Below are positions 18,534-27,789 of a DNA stretch of 37,291 bases, in pieces; within the stretch, counting starts at the first letter, position 1; each line of letters starts with the position of its first letter. Source of the DNA: an uncultured virus (IMG/VR IMGVR_UViG_3300042516_001356) (taxonomy: Duplodnaviria > Heunggongvirae > Uroviricota > Caudoviricetes). A program made the translations under genes and the position numbers. The stretch is taken from the IMG/VR virus record IMGVR_UViG_3300042516_001356; one strand, 5' to 3'. The notes beneath the pieces are model-generated. The model saw only the letters and a program-made list of their open reading frames with translations, made no database searches and was not told the origin of the DNA.

Positions 18534-19021
18534 TACAAGGAAATAAAAAAATATGGTTTCTTAATGGAGATCTTGTAAGGCTTCATCATAGTTCACGATC
18601 TACTGGCATGGTTTCTGTTTATAATATAACTAAAGATAGACTTGAAACTTGTTTACGTTCAGATTTTAGAAAAAAAAGAGAAAGAGCCTACACCGTAGCA
18701 GAGACTGCTAAATTGATTAATCGTCATAGAAAGTATATGCCTAAATTAATGAAAAACGGTGTAATTCCATTACCAGTTGGATCAAAGTTAAATGGCGAAC
18801 GTGGTTTTAGAATAAGGTCATATTATTCAGAAAGCATGGTAAAGGACATTCGTGCTATACTGGCTACTATACATATAGGGCAACCAAGAAAAGATGGACT
18901 TATAACAAATAATATGACTCCTACAAGCCAAGAATTGACACGGCGAATGGGAGACGGTATACTTACATATACGAAGACAGAAGATGGTAGATTTATTCCT
19001 GTTTGGGCAGAGAATATTTAA
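18479..19021 (+). CDS. Helix-turn-helix DNA-binding protein (MerR/excisionase-like)
   Basis: AYTVAETAKLINRHRKYM...GVIP...RSYYSES pattern in a basic protein. Confidence 0.6.
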   Translation: MVTSKGIIQSQAYNNETVIQGNKKIWFLNGDLVRLHHSSRSTGMVSVYNITKDRLETCLRSDFRKKRERAYTVAETAKLINRHRKYMPKLMKNGVIPLPVGSKLNGERGFRIRSYYSESMVKDIRAILATIHIGQPRKDGLITNNMTPTSQELTRRMGDGILTYTKTEDGRFIPVWAENI

Positions 19022-19040
19022 TAGCAGAAATGGTGGGGTA

Positions 19041-19253
19041 ATGGAAAACGAAAATACAAAAATATCTGTAGCACTTGGATATACGCTTAATCTAGGTAAT
19101 TTTCAGTCATTAAGATTTGATTTTGGAGTAGTTGATTCTAAGCGTGATGATGAAAATACAGAGCAGGCTTTTGAAAGAATTTATAAATTTGTTGAAGAAA
19201 AGTTAACAGAAAAAGTTAAAGAAGCCGAGTCAGAGGCCGACAGTAACGACTAA
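19041..19253 (+). CDS. Hypothetical protein (70 aa)
   Basis: Probable start at ATG 19041 after GGTGGGG, in frame with track ORF 18984. Contains LGYTLNLGNFQSLRFD. Confidence 0.6.
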   Translation: MENENTKISVALGYTLNLGNFQSLRFDFGVVDSKRDDENTEQAFERIYKFVEEKLTEKVKEAESEADSND

Positions 19254-19561
19254 TGGCTGAACGCAAAGACCGTATGGCTTTGCTCAGTAGATACAATAAG
19301 TTGCATCTACAAAGATATGAAGCCAAAAGCAACATGAATCTTAATGTTGAACAATGGGCTGCAGATGCTCTTGTTGAATCTTATAGCATTTCTCAATGTT
19401 ATGATTTATTAGATTATTATTTTAAGATAGCGGAAAATCCTACTTGGAATTATTTTGCATACAATGCAGAAAAAATTCTTAATGGTAAAATAGAAGTAGA
19501 GCAAGATATTAAAGAACGAGAAGAGCGAAGAAAACTAGCAAGAAAGTGGATTAGTGAATAA
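19253..19561 (+). CDS. Hypothetical protein upstream of the helicase (possible loader/initiator)
   Basis: 102 aa, coupled to both neighbours. Function is inferred from position only. Confidence 0.5.
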   Translation: MAERKDRMALLSRYNKLHLQRYEAKSNMNLNVEQWAADALVESYSISQCYDLLDYYFKIAENPTWNYFAYNAEKILNGKIEVEQDIKEREERRKLARKWISE

Positions 19562-20780
19562 TACAGAAGCAAAATTAATTACAGCAGTATTAAATGATAA
19601 ACAAATCCATGTATTGTTACAAGCCAATGTTGATAATCTTTTAAGAACTCACAACGATGTCTGGAATTTTATTAGACAGTATTCAGAAAATAACCAATCG
19701 GTTCCACCAACATCATTAGTTGTAGAAAAGTTTAGAGATTTTAATCCAGTAGAGGGGGTTGGTGCAACTAAGCACCATCTTGAAGAATTACAATCAGAAT
19801 ATTTAAATGATAGCCTTAAAGATATTTTACGAAATGCAGCAGGTGAAGTTCAAAGCGGTAATGGTAATAATGCTCTTGAACATTTAATTACCAAGACATC
19901 AGAACTTAAAAAAAATACTGCTGCAATTAGAGATATTGAGGTAACAGACCTTGACTCTGCAGTTGCTTATTTTGAAAATGTAAAAAAAATGCAGGATCTT
20001 GGACAGGTTGGAATTAAAACTGGGCTTCCAGGGTTTGATAACTATTTACCTTCTGGAATTATGCCAGGACAACTTGGAGTCTTCCTTGCATACCCAGGTA
20101 TTGGAAAGTCTTGGCTGGCCTTGTATTTCGCTGTACAGGCTTGGAAACAGGGTCGTAGCCCACTAGTCATAAGTCTTGAAATGTCTGAAACAGAAGTTCG
20201 TAATCGTGTATTTGCAATTATGGGTGAAGGTCTTTGGTCTCATCGTAAACTTAGCAATGGCGAAGTAGAGATTGATATGCTTAAAAAATGGCATGCAGAT
20301 AAATTACAGGGTAAGCCAGAGTTTCATATTATATCTAATGACAGTGGTGGAGAAGTGACTCCTTCGGTTATACGTGGAAAAATTGATCAGTATAAACCAG
20401 ACTTTGTTGTTGTTGACTATTTACAACTTATGTCTCCAAATCAAAAATCAGATAATGAAACGGTACGAATGAAAAACCTTTCACGAGAACTTAAACTTAT
20501 GTCTATCAGTGAAGAGGTTCCAATTATGGCTATTTCTTCTGCTACACCAGATGATGTTAAGGATTTATCTAGCCCACCAACACTGGGTCAAACGGCTTGG
20601 TCAAGACAGATTGCCTATGATGCTGACTGGGTAATGGCTCTTGGTCGTGCTACGAATAGTGATATTATTGAATGCGTATTTAGAAAAAATAGAAATGGTT
20701 TTATGGGTGATTTTTTAGTTCAAGTAGACTTTGATAGAGGATACTATCGCTATAAAGACTATGAGGATAAAAATGGTTAA
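19554..20780 (+). CDS. dnaB: Replicative DNA helicase, DnaB family
   Basis: GTG start. Walker A AYPGIGKS, SLEMS, Walker B VVVDYLQLM, SRELK, IAYDAD and KNRNG arginine finger. Confidence 0.95.
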   Translation: MNNTEAKLITAVLNDKQIHVLLQANVDNLLRTHNDVWNFIRQYSENNQSVPPTSLVVEKFRDFNPVEGVGATKHHLEELQSEYLNDSLKDILRNAAGEVQSGNGNNALEHLITKTSELKKNTAAIRDIEVTDLDSAVAYFENVKKMQDLGQVGIKTGLPGFDNYLPSGIMPGQLGVFLAYPGIGKSWLALYFAVQAWKQGRSPLVISLEMSETEVRNRVFAIMGEGLWSHRKLSNGEVEIDMLKKWHADKLQGKPEFHIISNDSGGEVTPSVIRGKIDQYKPDFVVVDYLQLMSPNQKSDNETVRMKNLSRELKLMSISEEVPIMAISSATPDDVKDLSSPPTLGQTAWSRQIAYDADWVMALGRATNSDIIECVFRKNRNGFMGDFLVQVDFDRGYYRYKDYEDKNG

Positions 20781-21696
20781 AGATGTGTATACTGCAGAAC
20801 AGGTACGTCGTGTACTAACTGGCGCTGGAATTGACATTGAAGCAGAGTATGGAACTGACTACATTGTTTTTTGTCCATATCACAATAACAATAGAACTCC
20901 TGCTGGAGAAGTATCAAAAGATCATGGGATGTTTTTTTGTTTTGGATGCCAGACAACAAAAACACTTATTGAATTTATAATGCACACATCTAATAGAACA
21001 TACTTTGAATCAATTAGGTATATTAAAAGCAAAGAACAAGAGACAAGTATTGAGGATTCAGTAAACAGGGCATTAGTTGAAAAACCAGAATTTATTCAGT
21101 ACGATGAACTTCTTATTAAAAGATTAACTAATCAAGCATTGGAGTCTCCAAGAGCAGTTAGATATTTTGAAGGAAGAAGTATTACAAAAGACTCTATTAA
21201 TAAGTTTAATCTTGGGTATTCAGAAAAACAAGATTCAGTAACAATACCAGTACACTCCCCAGATGGAATGTGTATAGGGTTTGTGGCTAGAACTGTTGAA
21301 GGAAAAGAATTTAAAAATACACCTGGATTGCCAAAAGGTAAAACATTATTTAATTTACATAGAATAAAGACTTCAAGTATTGTCTATGTAGTAGAGTCTT
21401 CATTTGATGCAATTAGGTTAGATCAAGTAGGATTCCCTGCGGTTGCTACGCTGGGTGCTAATGTTTCTGCAGCACAGATAAAACTATTAGAAAAGTATTT
21501 TAATAGCATTGTTTTAATTGCAGATAACGATGATGCAGGAATAATAATGAGAGATAAGTTAATTAAAAGACTTGGGCCTGTTGTTACTTCTGTGTATATA
21601 GATAAAAAATATAAAGATATAGGCGACATGGATGATGATGCAATTAAAAAACTGGAGTTTAAGTTTGACAATTCCATTACCAGTATGTTAAAATAG
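20773..21696 (+). CDS. dnaG: DNA primase (CHC2 zinc finger plus TOPRIM)
   Basis: CPYH...CFGC zinc finger, VVESSFD and ADNDDAG TOPRIM motifs. Start taken as ATG 20773 after GAGGA. Confidence 0.92.
   Translation: MVKDVYTAEQVRRVLTGAGIDIEAEYGTDYIVFCPYHNNNRTPAGEVSKDHGMFFCFGCQTTKTLIEFIMHTSNRTYFESIRYIKSKEQETSIEDSVNRALVEKPEFIQYDELLIKRLTNQALESPRAVRYFEGRSITKDSINKFNLGYSEKQDSVTIPVHSPDGMCIGFVARTVEGKEFKNTPGLPKGKTLFNLHRIKTSSIVYVVESSFDAIRLDQVGFPAVATLGANVSAAQIKLLEKYFNSIVLIADNDDAGIIMRDKLIKRLGPVVTSVYIDKKYKDIGDMDDDAIKKLEFKFDNSITSMLK
21665..21694 (+). promoter_or_regulatory. Sigma70/SigA-type promoter TTGACA-N18-TAAAAT with TG extension
   Basis: TTGACA at 21665-21670 and TGT-TAAAAT at 21686-21694. ATG 21702 is 7 nt downstream. 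Confidence 0.65.
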
Positions 21697-21701
21697 AAAA
21701 G

Positions 21702-22016
21702 ATGAACATGAAAAATAAAACAAAAAATAAAAACATGCAGTGGGTTATTGCTTTAAAAACAATGGGTCATAAAAAATATTGGACTAAAGCCAATACTGTT
21801 GAGTTTTTTGCTTTTGTTGCCAAAGGCCTAATTATCATTCCAGGCCTTTTATTTGATATTAGCATATGGTGGTTTTACATTTTTGCTTTAGTGTCAAGTT
21901 TGGGGCTAATCTGGTCATCAACAGTAAAAACTATACCAACTTTAATTTGGTTTAATATATTATGGAGTGCTCTTGCTATCATATTTATTTTAAAACATTT
22001 TGGGTTAGTACTATAA
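21702..22016 (+). CDS. Small membrane protein (about 3 TM segments)
   Basis: 104 aa with a basic N-terminus followed by hydrophobic, Trp-rich stretches. Confidence 0.65.
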   Translation: MNMKNKTKNKNMQWVIALKTMGHKKYWTKANTVEFFAFVAKGLIIIPGLLFDISIWWFYIFALVSSLGLIWSSTVKTIPTLIWFNILWSALAIIFILKHFGLVL

Positions 22017-22042
22017 AATAAAAAACAAGGAGAAAAAATAAT

Positions 22043-22699
22043 ATGACTATTGTAAAGGGACTCAAAAACATTAATGCCCTAGTTGACAAGCCAAAGTATG
22101 ATGAAAACTCTCCAAAGGTAAGATGGTTAAAACTTGCCGATGGACAGTCTGCAAAAATTAGGTTCGTTGAAGAACTTGACGAAGACTCTGCAAATTACAA
22201 CGCAGAACGTGGTTTAGCACTTGTTGTTAAAGAACACACAAATCCAAAGGACTATAAGCGTAAGGCTGTAGACACTATGGAATCAGAAGGTCGTGACTGG
22301 GCTGAAGAAATGCATCGCAAGGATCCAAAGGCTGGCTGGAGAGCACGTCTTCGTTTTTATTGCAACGTACTTGTAGATGATGGAATTGAAGAGCCATATG
22401 TGGCTATTTGGTCAATGGGCGTAAGCAAGCAATCTGCATTTAATACTATTCGTGAATACGCACTGGAGACAGGCAGTATTTCAAATCTTACATGGAAAGT
22501 GAAGCGTAATGGTCAGGGAACTGAAACAAGTTATACACTTATTCCATCTGCACCAGACAAAGAACCATTTAACTGGGCAGCACTAAAGCCATATGCACTT
22601 GAGTTAGCACTAAAGAAAATTCCTTATGCTGAGCAAGAAGCATTCTATTTGGGGTTTGATACTCCATCCGTAACTTCATCAACCAACACAGATTGGTAA
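22043..22699 (+). CDS. Single-stranded DNA-binding protein, T4 gp32-like
   Basis: WLKLADGQSAKIRF...RFYCNVLV...KVKRNGQGTETSYTL pattern and a C-terminal DW. Lies between primase and polymerase, with SD AAGGAG. Confidence 0.75.
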   Translation: MTIVKGLKNINALVDKPKYDENSPKVRWLKLADGQSAKIRFVEELDEDSANYNAERGLALVVKEHTNPKDYKRKAVDTMESEGRDWAEEMHRKDPKAGWRARLRFYCNVLVDDGIEEPYVAIWSMGVSKQSAFNTIREYALETGSISNLTWKVKRNGQGTETSYTLIPSAPDKEPFNWAALKPYALELALKKIPYAEQEAFYLGFDTPSVTSSTNTDW

Positions 22700-22700
22700 T

Positions 22701-25700
22701 ATGAACTACGTAGGCTTACATGTTCATACTCACTACTCCCTATTTGACGGCATAGCAACTCCACAAGAGTATGTAGACCGTGCTAGCAAGTTGGGTATGA
22801 ACGCTCTTGCAATTACAGATCACGGTTCACTTTCTGGTCACAGAGAGTTTTACCGTTCTGCAAAAGAAAAGGGTATTAAGCCAATACTTGGTCTAGAAGG
22901 ATATATGTGTGCAGACATATCAGATAAAAGAGATAAGTCTGAAAGAACAGGTCAACAAGATCTTGTTTATAATCATATTATCCTTCTAGCCAAGAACCAA
23001 AAAGGTTTAGAAAATCTTAACAAGATTAGTGAAATAGCATGGACAGATGGATTTTTTAAAAAGCCAAGGTTTGATTTTGAAATTCTTCAAAAATATAAAG
23101 AAGGAATAATTGTAACATCTGCTTGTCCTAGCAGCGTTATCGTTAAGGCATTAGAAGAGCAGGAATTTGCACTTGCTAAAAAACACATTGGGTGGTTTAA
23201 AGATAACTTTGGTAGCGACTACTACATTGAGGTTATGCCACACAATACACCAGAAATAAATAAATACCTTATTGATCTTGCCGATGAATTTAATATTAAG
23301 GTTGTAGTTACGCCAGATTGTCATCACGCTGATGAATCACAAAAGCATATTCAAGAGTTTAAACTTTTAATGAATACTCACGCTAAGGTACAAAAAGATA
23401 CCACATATGCAAAATCTATAAAGATTGATTCTATGATGGAGCGCCTTGACTATCTTTATGGGGAAGATCGTCAGATAACATTTAATAAATTTGACATTCA
23501 CTTACTTTCTTATGAAGAGATTAAAGCAGCAATGGAAAAACAGGGTATTGATAGAGAAGACATATACTCAAACACACTATTACTAGCAGAGACAGTAAAA
23601 GACTATGACATTAAAGATGGTCTTGATTTACTTCCAGTTCAATACAAAAATCCAGATCAAGAATTAGCAAACTTGGCCTTTGCTGCGCTAGAAGAAAAAA
23701 ATTTAAATTCTAACTGGCTTGGAAATGATGCCTATGAACTTCGCCTAACAGAAGAACTTGACATTATTCGTGATAAAAAATTTGCACCATACTTCTTAGT
23801 AGTTCAAAATATGATTTCTTGGGCAAAGAAAGAGGGAATCTTGGTTGGTCCAGGACGTGGCTCTTCTGCTGGCTCTTTGGTTTGTTATCTTCTTGGTATT
23901 ACTGACATTGATCCATTAGAACATGGTCTTTTGTTCTTTCGTTTTATTAATCCAGAACGTAACGACTTCCCCGATATTGATACAGATATCCAAGATACTC
24001 GTCGTGATGAAGTAAAAGATTATTTAGTTAGACAGTATAGGCACGTAGCATCTATTGCAACATTCCTTCAATTTAAAGATAAGGGTGTTGTGCGAGATGT
24101 TGCAAGAGTCTTAGATATTCCACTTACAGATGTTAACAAGGTTTTAAAACTTGTTGATACCTGGGATGAATATTGCACATCTAAAACTACATTATCTTTT
24201 AGAGAAAAATACCCAGAGGTAGAGATTTATGGAGAGCAATTACGTGGCCGTATTAGGGGTACGGGCATTCACGCTGCTGGCGTGGTTACTAGTAAAAATC
24301 CAATCTTTAGATATGCGCCATTAGAAACCCGTTCTTCTCCTGGATCTGATGATCGCATTCCTGTGGTTGGTGTTGATATGGAAGAGGCTGAAAAAATTGG
24401 TCTTATAAAAATTGATGCTCTTGGTCTTAAAACTTTAAGCGTAGTAAAAGATTGCATTGATATGGTTAAAGAAAATCATTATAAGGATATTGATCTTTTA
24501 TCTATTGACATGGCAGATCCTAAAGTATATGAAATGCTTTCAGATGGATATACCAAGGGTGTATTTCAATGTGAAGCAACTCCATATACAAACCTTTTAG
24601 TAAAAATGGGAGTAAAAAACTTTAATGAGTTAGCAGCATCCAATGCCCTTGTCCGTCCAGGTGCAATGAATACTATTGGAAAAGATTATATTGCTCGTAA
24701 ACATGGTAAGCAAAACGTTTCTTATATTCATCAAACTATGAAAGAATTTACAGATGATACATATGGGTGTATCCTGTATCAGGAACAAGTTATGCAGGCT
24801 TGCGTTTATCTTGGTGGAATGACAATGGCAGAGGCTGACAAGGTTCGTAAGATTATTGGAAAGAAAAAAGATGCGAAAGAATTCAATTTATTTCAAGATA
24901 GGTTTGTTGCTGGGGCGAGCAAGTTCATATCTCCTAATAAGGCCTTGGATCTATGGAAAGACTTTGAAGAACACGCAGGGTATTCGTTCAACAAATCTCA
25001 TGCGGTTGCTTATTCTACGCTCTCGTATTGGACGGCGTGGTTAAAATACTATTACCCACTTGAGTTTATGTTTGCTCTTCTTAAAAATGAAAAAGATAAA
25101 GATGGTCGTACAGAATATTTAATTGAGGCTAAGCGTATGGGAATTTCAATTAAACTACCACACATCAATGACTCAGGTTTAGATTTTAAAATTGAAGGTA
25201 AGGGTATTCGTTTTGGACTAACTGGAATTAAGTTTATTTCAAATAATATTGCACAAAAATATATTGATGCAAGACCATTTACTAGTTATAAACAACTTGA
25301 AGAATTTACTTTTACAAAAGGTAATGGCGTAAACAGTAGAGCACTAAATGCACTTAGGCTAACTGGTGCTGCAACATTTTCTGATAATCCACGTAATGAT
25401 GAAGACATTAAAGAAAATCTTTATGAGTATTTAAATCTTCCAGAGTTTAATGTTTCTATTCCATCTCACTATTATGCATTTATTCAATCAATTGAAGATT
25501 TTGAGGAAAAAGGATCTTTTATCTTAATGGGCATGGTTAAAGCAATTAAAAGGGGAAAGGGTTGGTCACGAGTTGAAATTCTGGACAAAACTGGGAGTGT
25601 TGGTGTATTTGATGAAGAGTCAACAACTGTTGAAACGGGTCGCACTTACTTGGTTCTTGCTAACGATAATAGGATTGTTTCTGCAATTCCTGTTGATGAA

Positions 25701-25988
25701 ATAAAAGGATCTACAAATGCACTTGTTAAATTTTTAAGTTATAAACAACTACCTTATACAGAAGATGAGATGTTTGTTGTTTCATTTAAATCAAGAATAA
25801 CAAAGGCTGGAAAGAAAATGGCTTCTTTAACTTTGGCAGATACCTCAAGAGACTTACACTCAGTAACAGTATTTCCTACGGCATTTCCAAAAGCATATAT
25901 GCACATTGAAGAAGGCAAATCATATAAATTTAGTTTTGGTAAAACCAAAGATGGCACGGTAATTATGGAGGATGTAAATGTCAGTTAA
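22701..25988 (+). CDS. dnaE: DNA polymerase III alpha subunit (family C)
   Basis: PHP motifs HVHTHYSLFDG and TDHG, plus GPGRGSSAGS, catalytic PDIDTD, GIHAAGVV, KIDALGL and YSFNKSH. Confidence 0.97.
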   Translation: MNYVGLHVHTHYSLFDGIATPQEYVDRASKLGMNALAITDHGSLSGHREFYRSAKEKGIKPILGLEGYMCADISDKRDKSERTGQQDLVYNHIILLAKNQKGLENLNKISEIAWTDGFFKKPRFDFEILQKYKEGIIVTSACPSSVIVKALEEQEFALAKKHIGWFKDNFGSDYYIEVMPHNTPEINKYLIDLADEFNIKVVVTPDCHHADESQKHIQEFKLLMNTHAKVQKDTTYAKSIKIDSMMERLDYLYGEDRQITFNKFDIHLLSYEEIKAAMEKQGIDREDIYSNTLLLAETVKDYDIKDGLDLLPVQYKNPDQELANLAFAALEEKNLNSNWLGNDAYELRLTEELDIIRDKKFAPYFLVVQNMISWAKKEGILVGPGRGSSAGSLVCYLLGITDIDPLEHGLLFFRFINPERNDFPDIDTDIQDTRRDEVKDYLVRQYRHVASIATFLQFKDKGVVRDVARVLDIPLTDVNKVLKLVDTWDEYCTSKTTLSFREKYPEVEIYGEQLRGRIRGTGIHAAGVVTSKNPIFRYAPLETRSSPGSDDRIPVVGVDMEEAEKIGLIKIDALGLKTLSVVKDCIDMVKENHYKDIDLLSIDMADPKVYEMLSDGYTKGVFQCEATPYTNLLVKMGVKNFNELAASNALVRPGAMNTIGKDYIARKHGKQNVSYIHQTMKEFTDDTYGCILYQEQVMQACVYLGGMTMAEADKVRKIIGKKKDAKEFNLFQDRFVAGASKFISPNKALDLWKDFEEHAGYSFNKSHAVAYSTLSYWTAWLKYYYPLEFMFALLKNEKDKDGRTEYLIEAKRMGISIKLPHINDSGLDFKIEGKGIRFGLTGIKFISNNIAQKYIDARPFTSYKQLEEFTFTKGNGVNSRALNALRLTGAATFSDNPRNDEDIKENLYEYLNLPEFNVSIPSHYYAFIQSIEDFEEKGSFILMGMVKAIKRGKGWSRVEILDKTGSVGVFDEESTTVETGRTYLVLANDNRIVSAIPVDEIKGSTNALVKFLSYKQLPYTEDEMFVVSFKSRITKAGKKMASLTLADTSRDLHSVTVFPTAFPKAYMHIEEGKSYKFSFGKTKDGTVIMEDVNVS

Positions 25989-26991
25989 TATACAAGATGT
26001 ACTAGCACAGTTAGACCCAAGAATTAGAAAACGTCTTGGCACAGGAGAGGGAATTAATTTTGAGTATCAGCCCACTCCAAGTTTTGGTTTAAATCGTGCT
26101 CTAGGTGGCGGATTGCCATACGGAAGGCAGGTTCTTGTTTGGGGTAGCAAGTCATCTGCAAAATCTTCTATGTGTCTACAAATGATTGCTTTAGCACAAA
26201 AAGAAGGCAAGACTTGTGCATGGATTGATTCTGAAATGTCCTATTCAGAAGATTGGGCTAAACAAATGGGGGTAGATCCAACAAAATTAATTTACTCACA
26301 AGCACGTACTATTAGCGACATGGTAGATGTTGGTGTTGGACTTATAAATGCTGGAGTTGATCTTATTGTTATTGATTCAATTACATCAATGCTTCCTGCA
26401 ATATATTTTGAAAAAGATTCAGACGAAATGAAAGCACTTGAAAATACAAAACAGATTGGTGCAGAGTCTAGAGATTTTAGCAATGCCTGGAAAATGCTTA
26501 ACTATGCCAACAACAAGGTAAAACCGACATTGCTTGTTCTTATTTCACAATCAAGAAATAACATTAATGCGATGTACACAAGTCAACAGCCTTCTGGCGG
26601 TCAGGCTACAAAATTCTATTCATCTTGCGTAATTAAATTGTTTTCTTCTGAGTCAGAAAATCAAGCAATTAAAGGAAAGATTAAAGTGGGAGATAAATTA
26701 ATTGAAGAAAAAATTGGTAGAAAGATTCGTTGGGAACTACAATTCTCTAAAACCTCTCCAGGGTTTCAATCTGGTGAGTATGATTTTTATTTTAGAGGTG
26801 ACAATATTGGTATTGATGCAATAGGGGACTTAGTTGATACCGCAGAATCAATGGGATTAGTCAATAGAACTGGAGCATGGTATCAGTTAGATGATGGAAC
26901 AAAGGTGCAAGGTCGTGATGGGTTTATAGACCGTGTCAAAGAAGACCTAATTTTACAAGAACAACTTAAGGCAAAAATAATTAATGCTTGA
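25978..26991 (+). CDS. recA: RecA/UvsX-like recombinase
   Basis: LNRALGGGLPYGR, P-loop variant GSKSSAKS, AWIDSE, Walker B IVIDS, SGGQATKFYSS and GAWY...QGR. Confidence 0.9.
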   Translation: MSVNIQDVLAQLDPRIRKRLGTGEGINFEYQPTPSFGLNRALGGGLPYGRQVLVWGSKSSAKSSMCLQMIALAQKEGKTCAWIDSEMSYSEDWAKQMGVDPTKLIYSQARTISDMVDVGVGLINAGVDLIVIDSITSMLPAIYFEKDSDEMKALENTKQIGAESRDFSNAWKMLNYANNKVKPTLLVLISQSRNNINAMYTSQQPSGGQATKFYSSCVIKLFSSESENQAIKGKIKVGDKLIEEKIGRKIRWELQFSKTSPGFQSGEYDFYFRGDNIGIDAIGDLVDTAESMGLVNRTGAWYQLDDGTKVQGRDGFIDRVKEDLILQEQLKAKIINA

Positions 26992-27172
26992 AAAAAATTT
27001 TACCGTGTATCCTGGCCAGTGGCCATGTAAAACTTGCCAAGAAATTGTAACATCTTTAAGATATTGGAGAGAGACTGGAGATGCGACATGGATGTGTACA
27101 CAAAAACATATTTCAAAAGTTAACCTACTTCCCCCAACAAAGAAGGATTATGAGCGAAAAGAACGAAAGTAA
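26984..27172 (+). CDS. Small zinc-binding protein
   Basis: 62 aa with CKTC...CTQKH, overlapping both neighbours. Confidence 0.6.
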   Translation: MLEKNFTVYPGQWPCKTCQEIVTSLRYWRETGDATWMCTQKHISKVNLLPPTKKDYERKERK

Positions 27173-27449
27173 AAGAATAGGTGCTAAGCAGCATAAAAAT
27201 TCTGGTAGAAACACACAGAAGGGCGATGCAACATGGCGTGAATTTGTTGTTGACTTTAAAGAAGCCAGCAAATCTTTTACATTAAATAAGGACGTATGGG
27301 CAAAGGCTGTTACTGATTCTATTCAAGCAGGTAGAGATAAGTCTCCAGCCATTGTTGTAATTCTTGGAGAAGGAAATACAAAAGTAAGACTTGCCATAAT
27401 TGAAATGAACATGCTAGAACAATTAACAGAGGAGAAATATAATGTCTGA
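27150..27449 (+). CDS. PD-(D/E)xK Holliday-junction resolvase-like nuclease (Hjc-like)
   Basis: E...NSG...KGD...VVDFKE motif. Start taken as ATG 27150 after AAGGA. Confidence 0.7.
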   Translation: MSEKNESKRIGAKQHKNSGRNTQKGDATWREFVVDFKEASKSFTLNKDVWAKAVTDSIQAGRDKSPAIVVILGEGNTKVRLAIIEMNMLEQLTEEKYNV

Positions 27450-27756
27450 ACCAGGATCACAAAAAACAACACTTGACATGGTAAATGGTTTAACAGAGAT
27501 TGCAGACTATATGCAAGATGAGGAATTGACCGTTGCTTTAACTATGATCGCAAAAATTATTATAAAACCAGATATCCCCCTTCAGGCTGCTAGCCTTGAA
27601 ATTGTAAGGCTACAAGCCATTGCAGCAAAAATGTCTTTTAAAGCCACTTGGATGGCCAATGTTGACAAATCTGACAGGGCAAAGAAAAACATATACTTTA
27701 CAGCAGCACAAGCAATAAACGATCTGGTATCAGCGCTTAAATACATAATGCGCTAA
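27442..27756 (+). CDS. Hypothetical helical protein
   Basis: 104 aa, SD GAGGAG, coupled to the upstream gene. Confidence 0.65.
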   Translation: MSEPGSQKTTLDMVNGLTEIADYMQDEELTVALTMIAKIIIKPDIPLQAASLEIVRLQAIAAKMSFKATWMANVDKSDRAKKNIYFTAAQAINDLVSALKYIMR

Positions 27757-27758
27757 CC

Positions 27759-27767
27759 TGCTATAAT
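27759..27767 (+). promoter_or_regulatory. Extended -10 promoter (TGC-TATAAT)
   Basis: Consensus motif in the intergenic gap. SD AAGGA precedes ATG 27790. Confidence 0.65.
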
Positions 27768-27789
27768 TAATATAAACAAAGGATGAAAT

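Noticed and set aside
21702..22016. Membrane protein as a holin
   Set aside because: No endolysin is nearby and the gene sits in the replication operon, so it was left as a membrane protein of unknown function.
12734..25044. Short alternative-frame + strand ORFs at 12734..12934 and 24856..25044
   Set aside because: They are nested inside long conserved genes with no recognisable protein features and are most likely chance ORFs.
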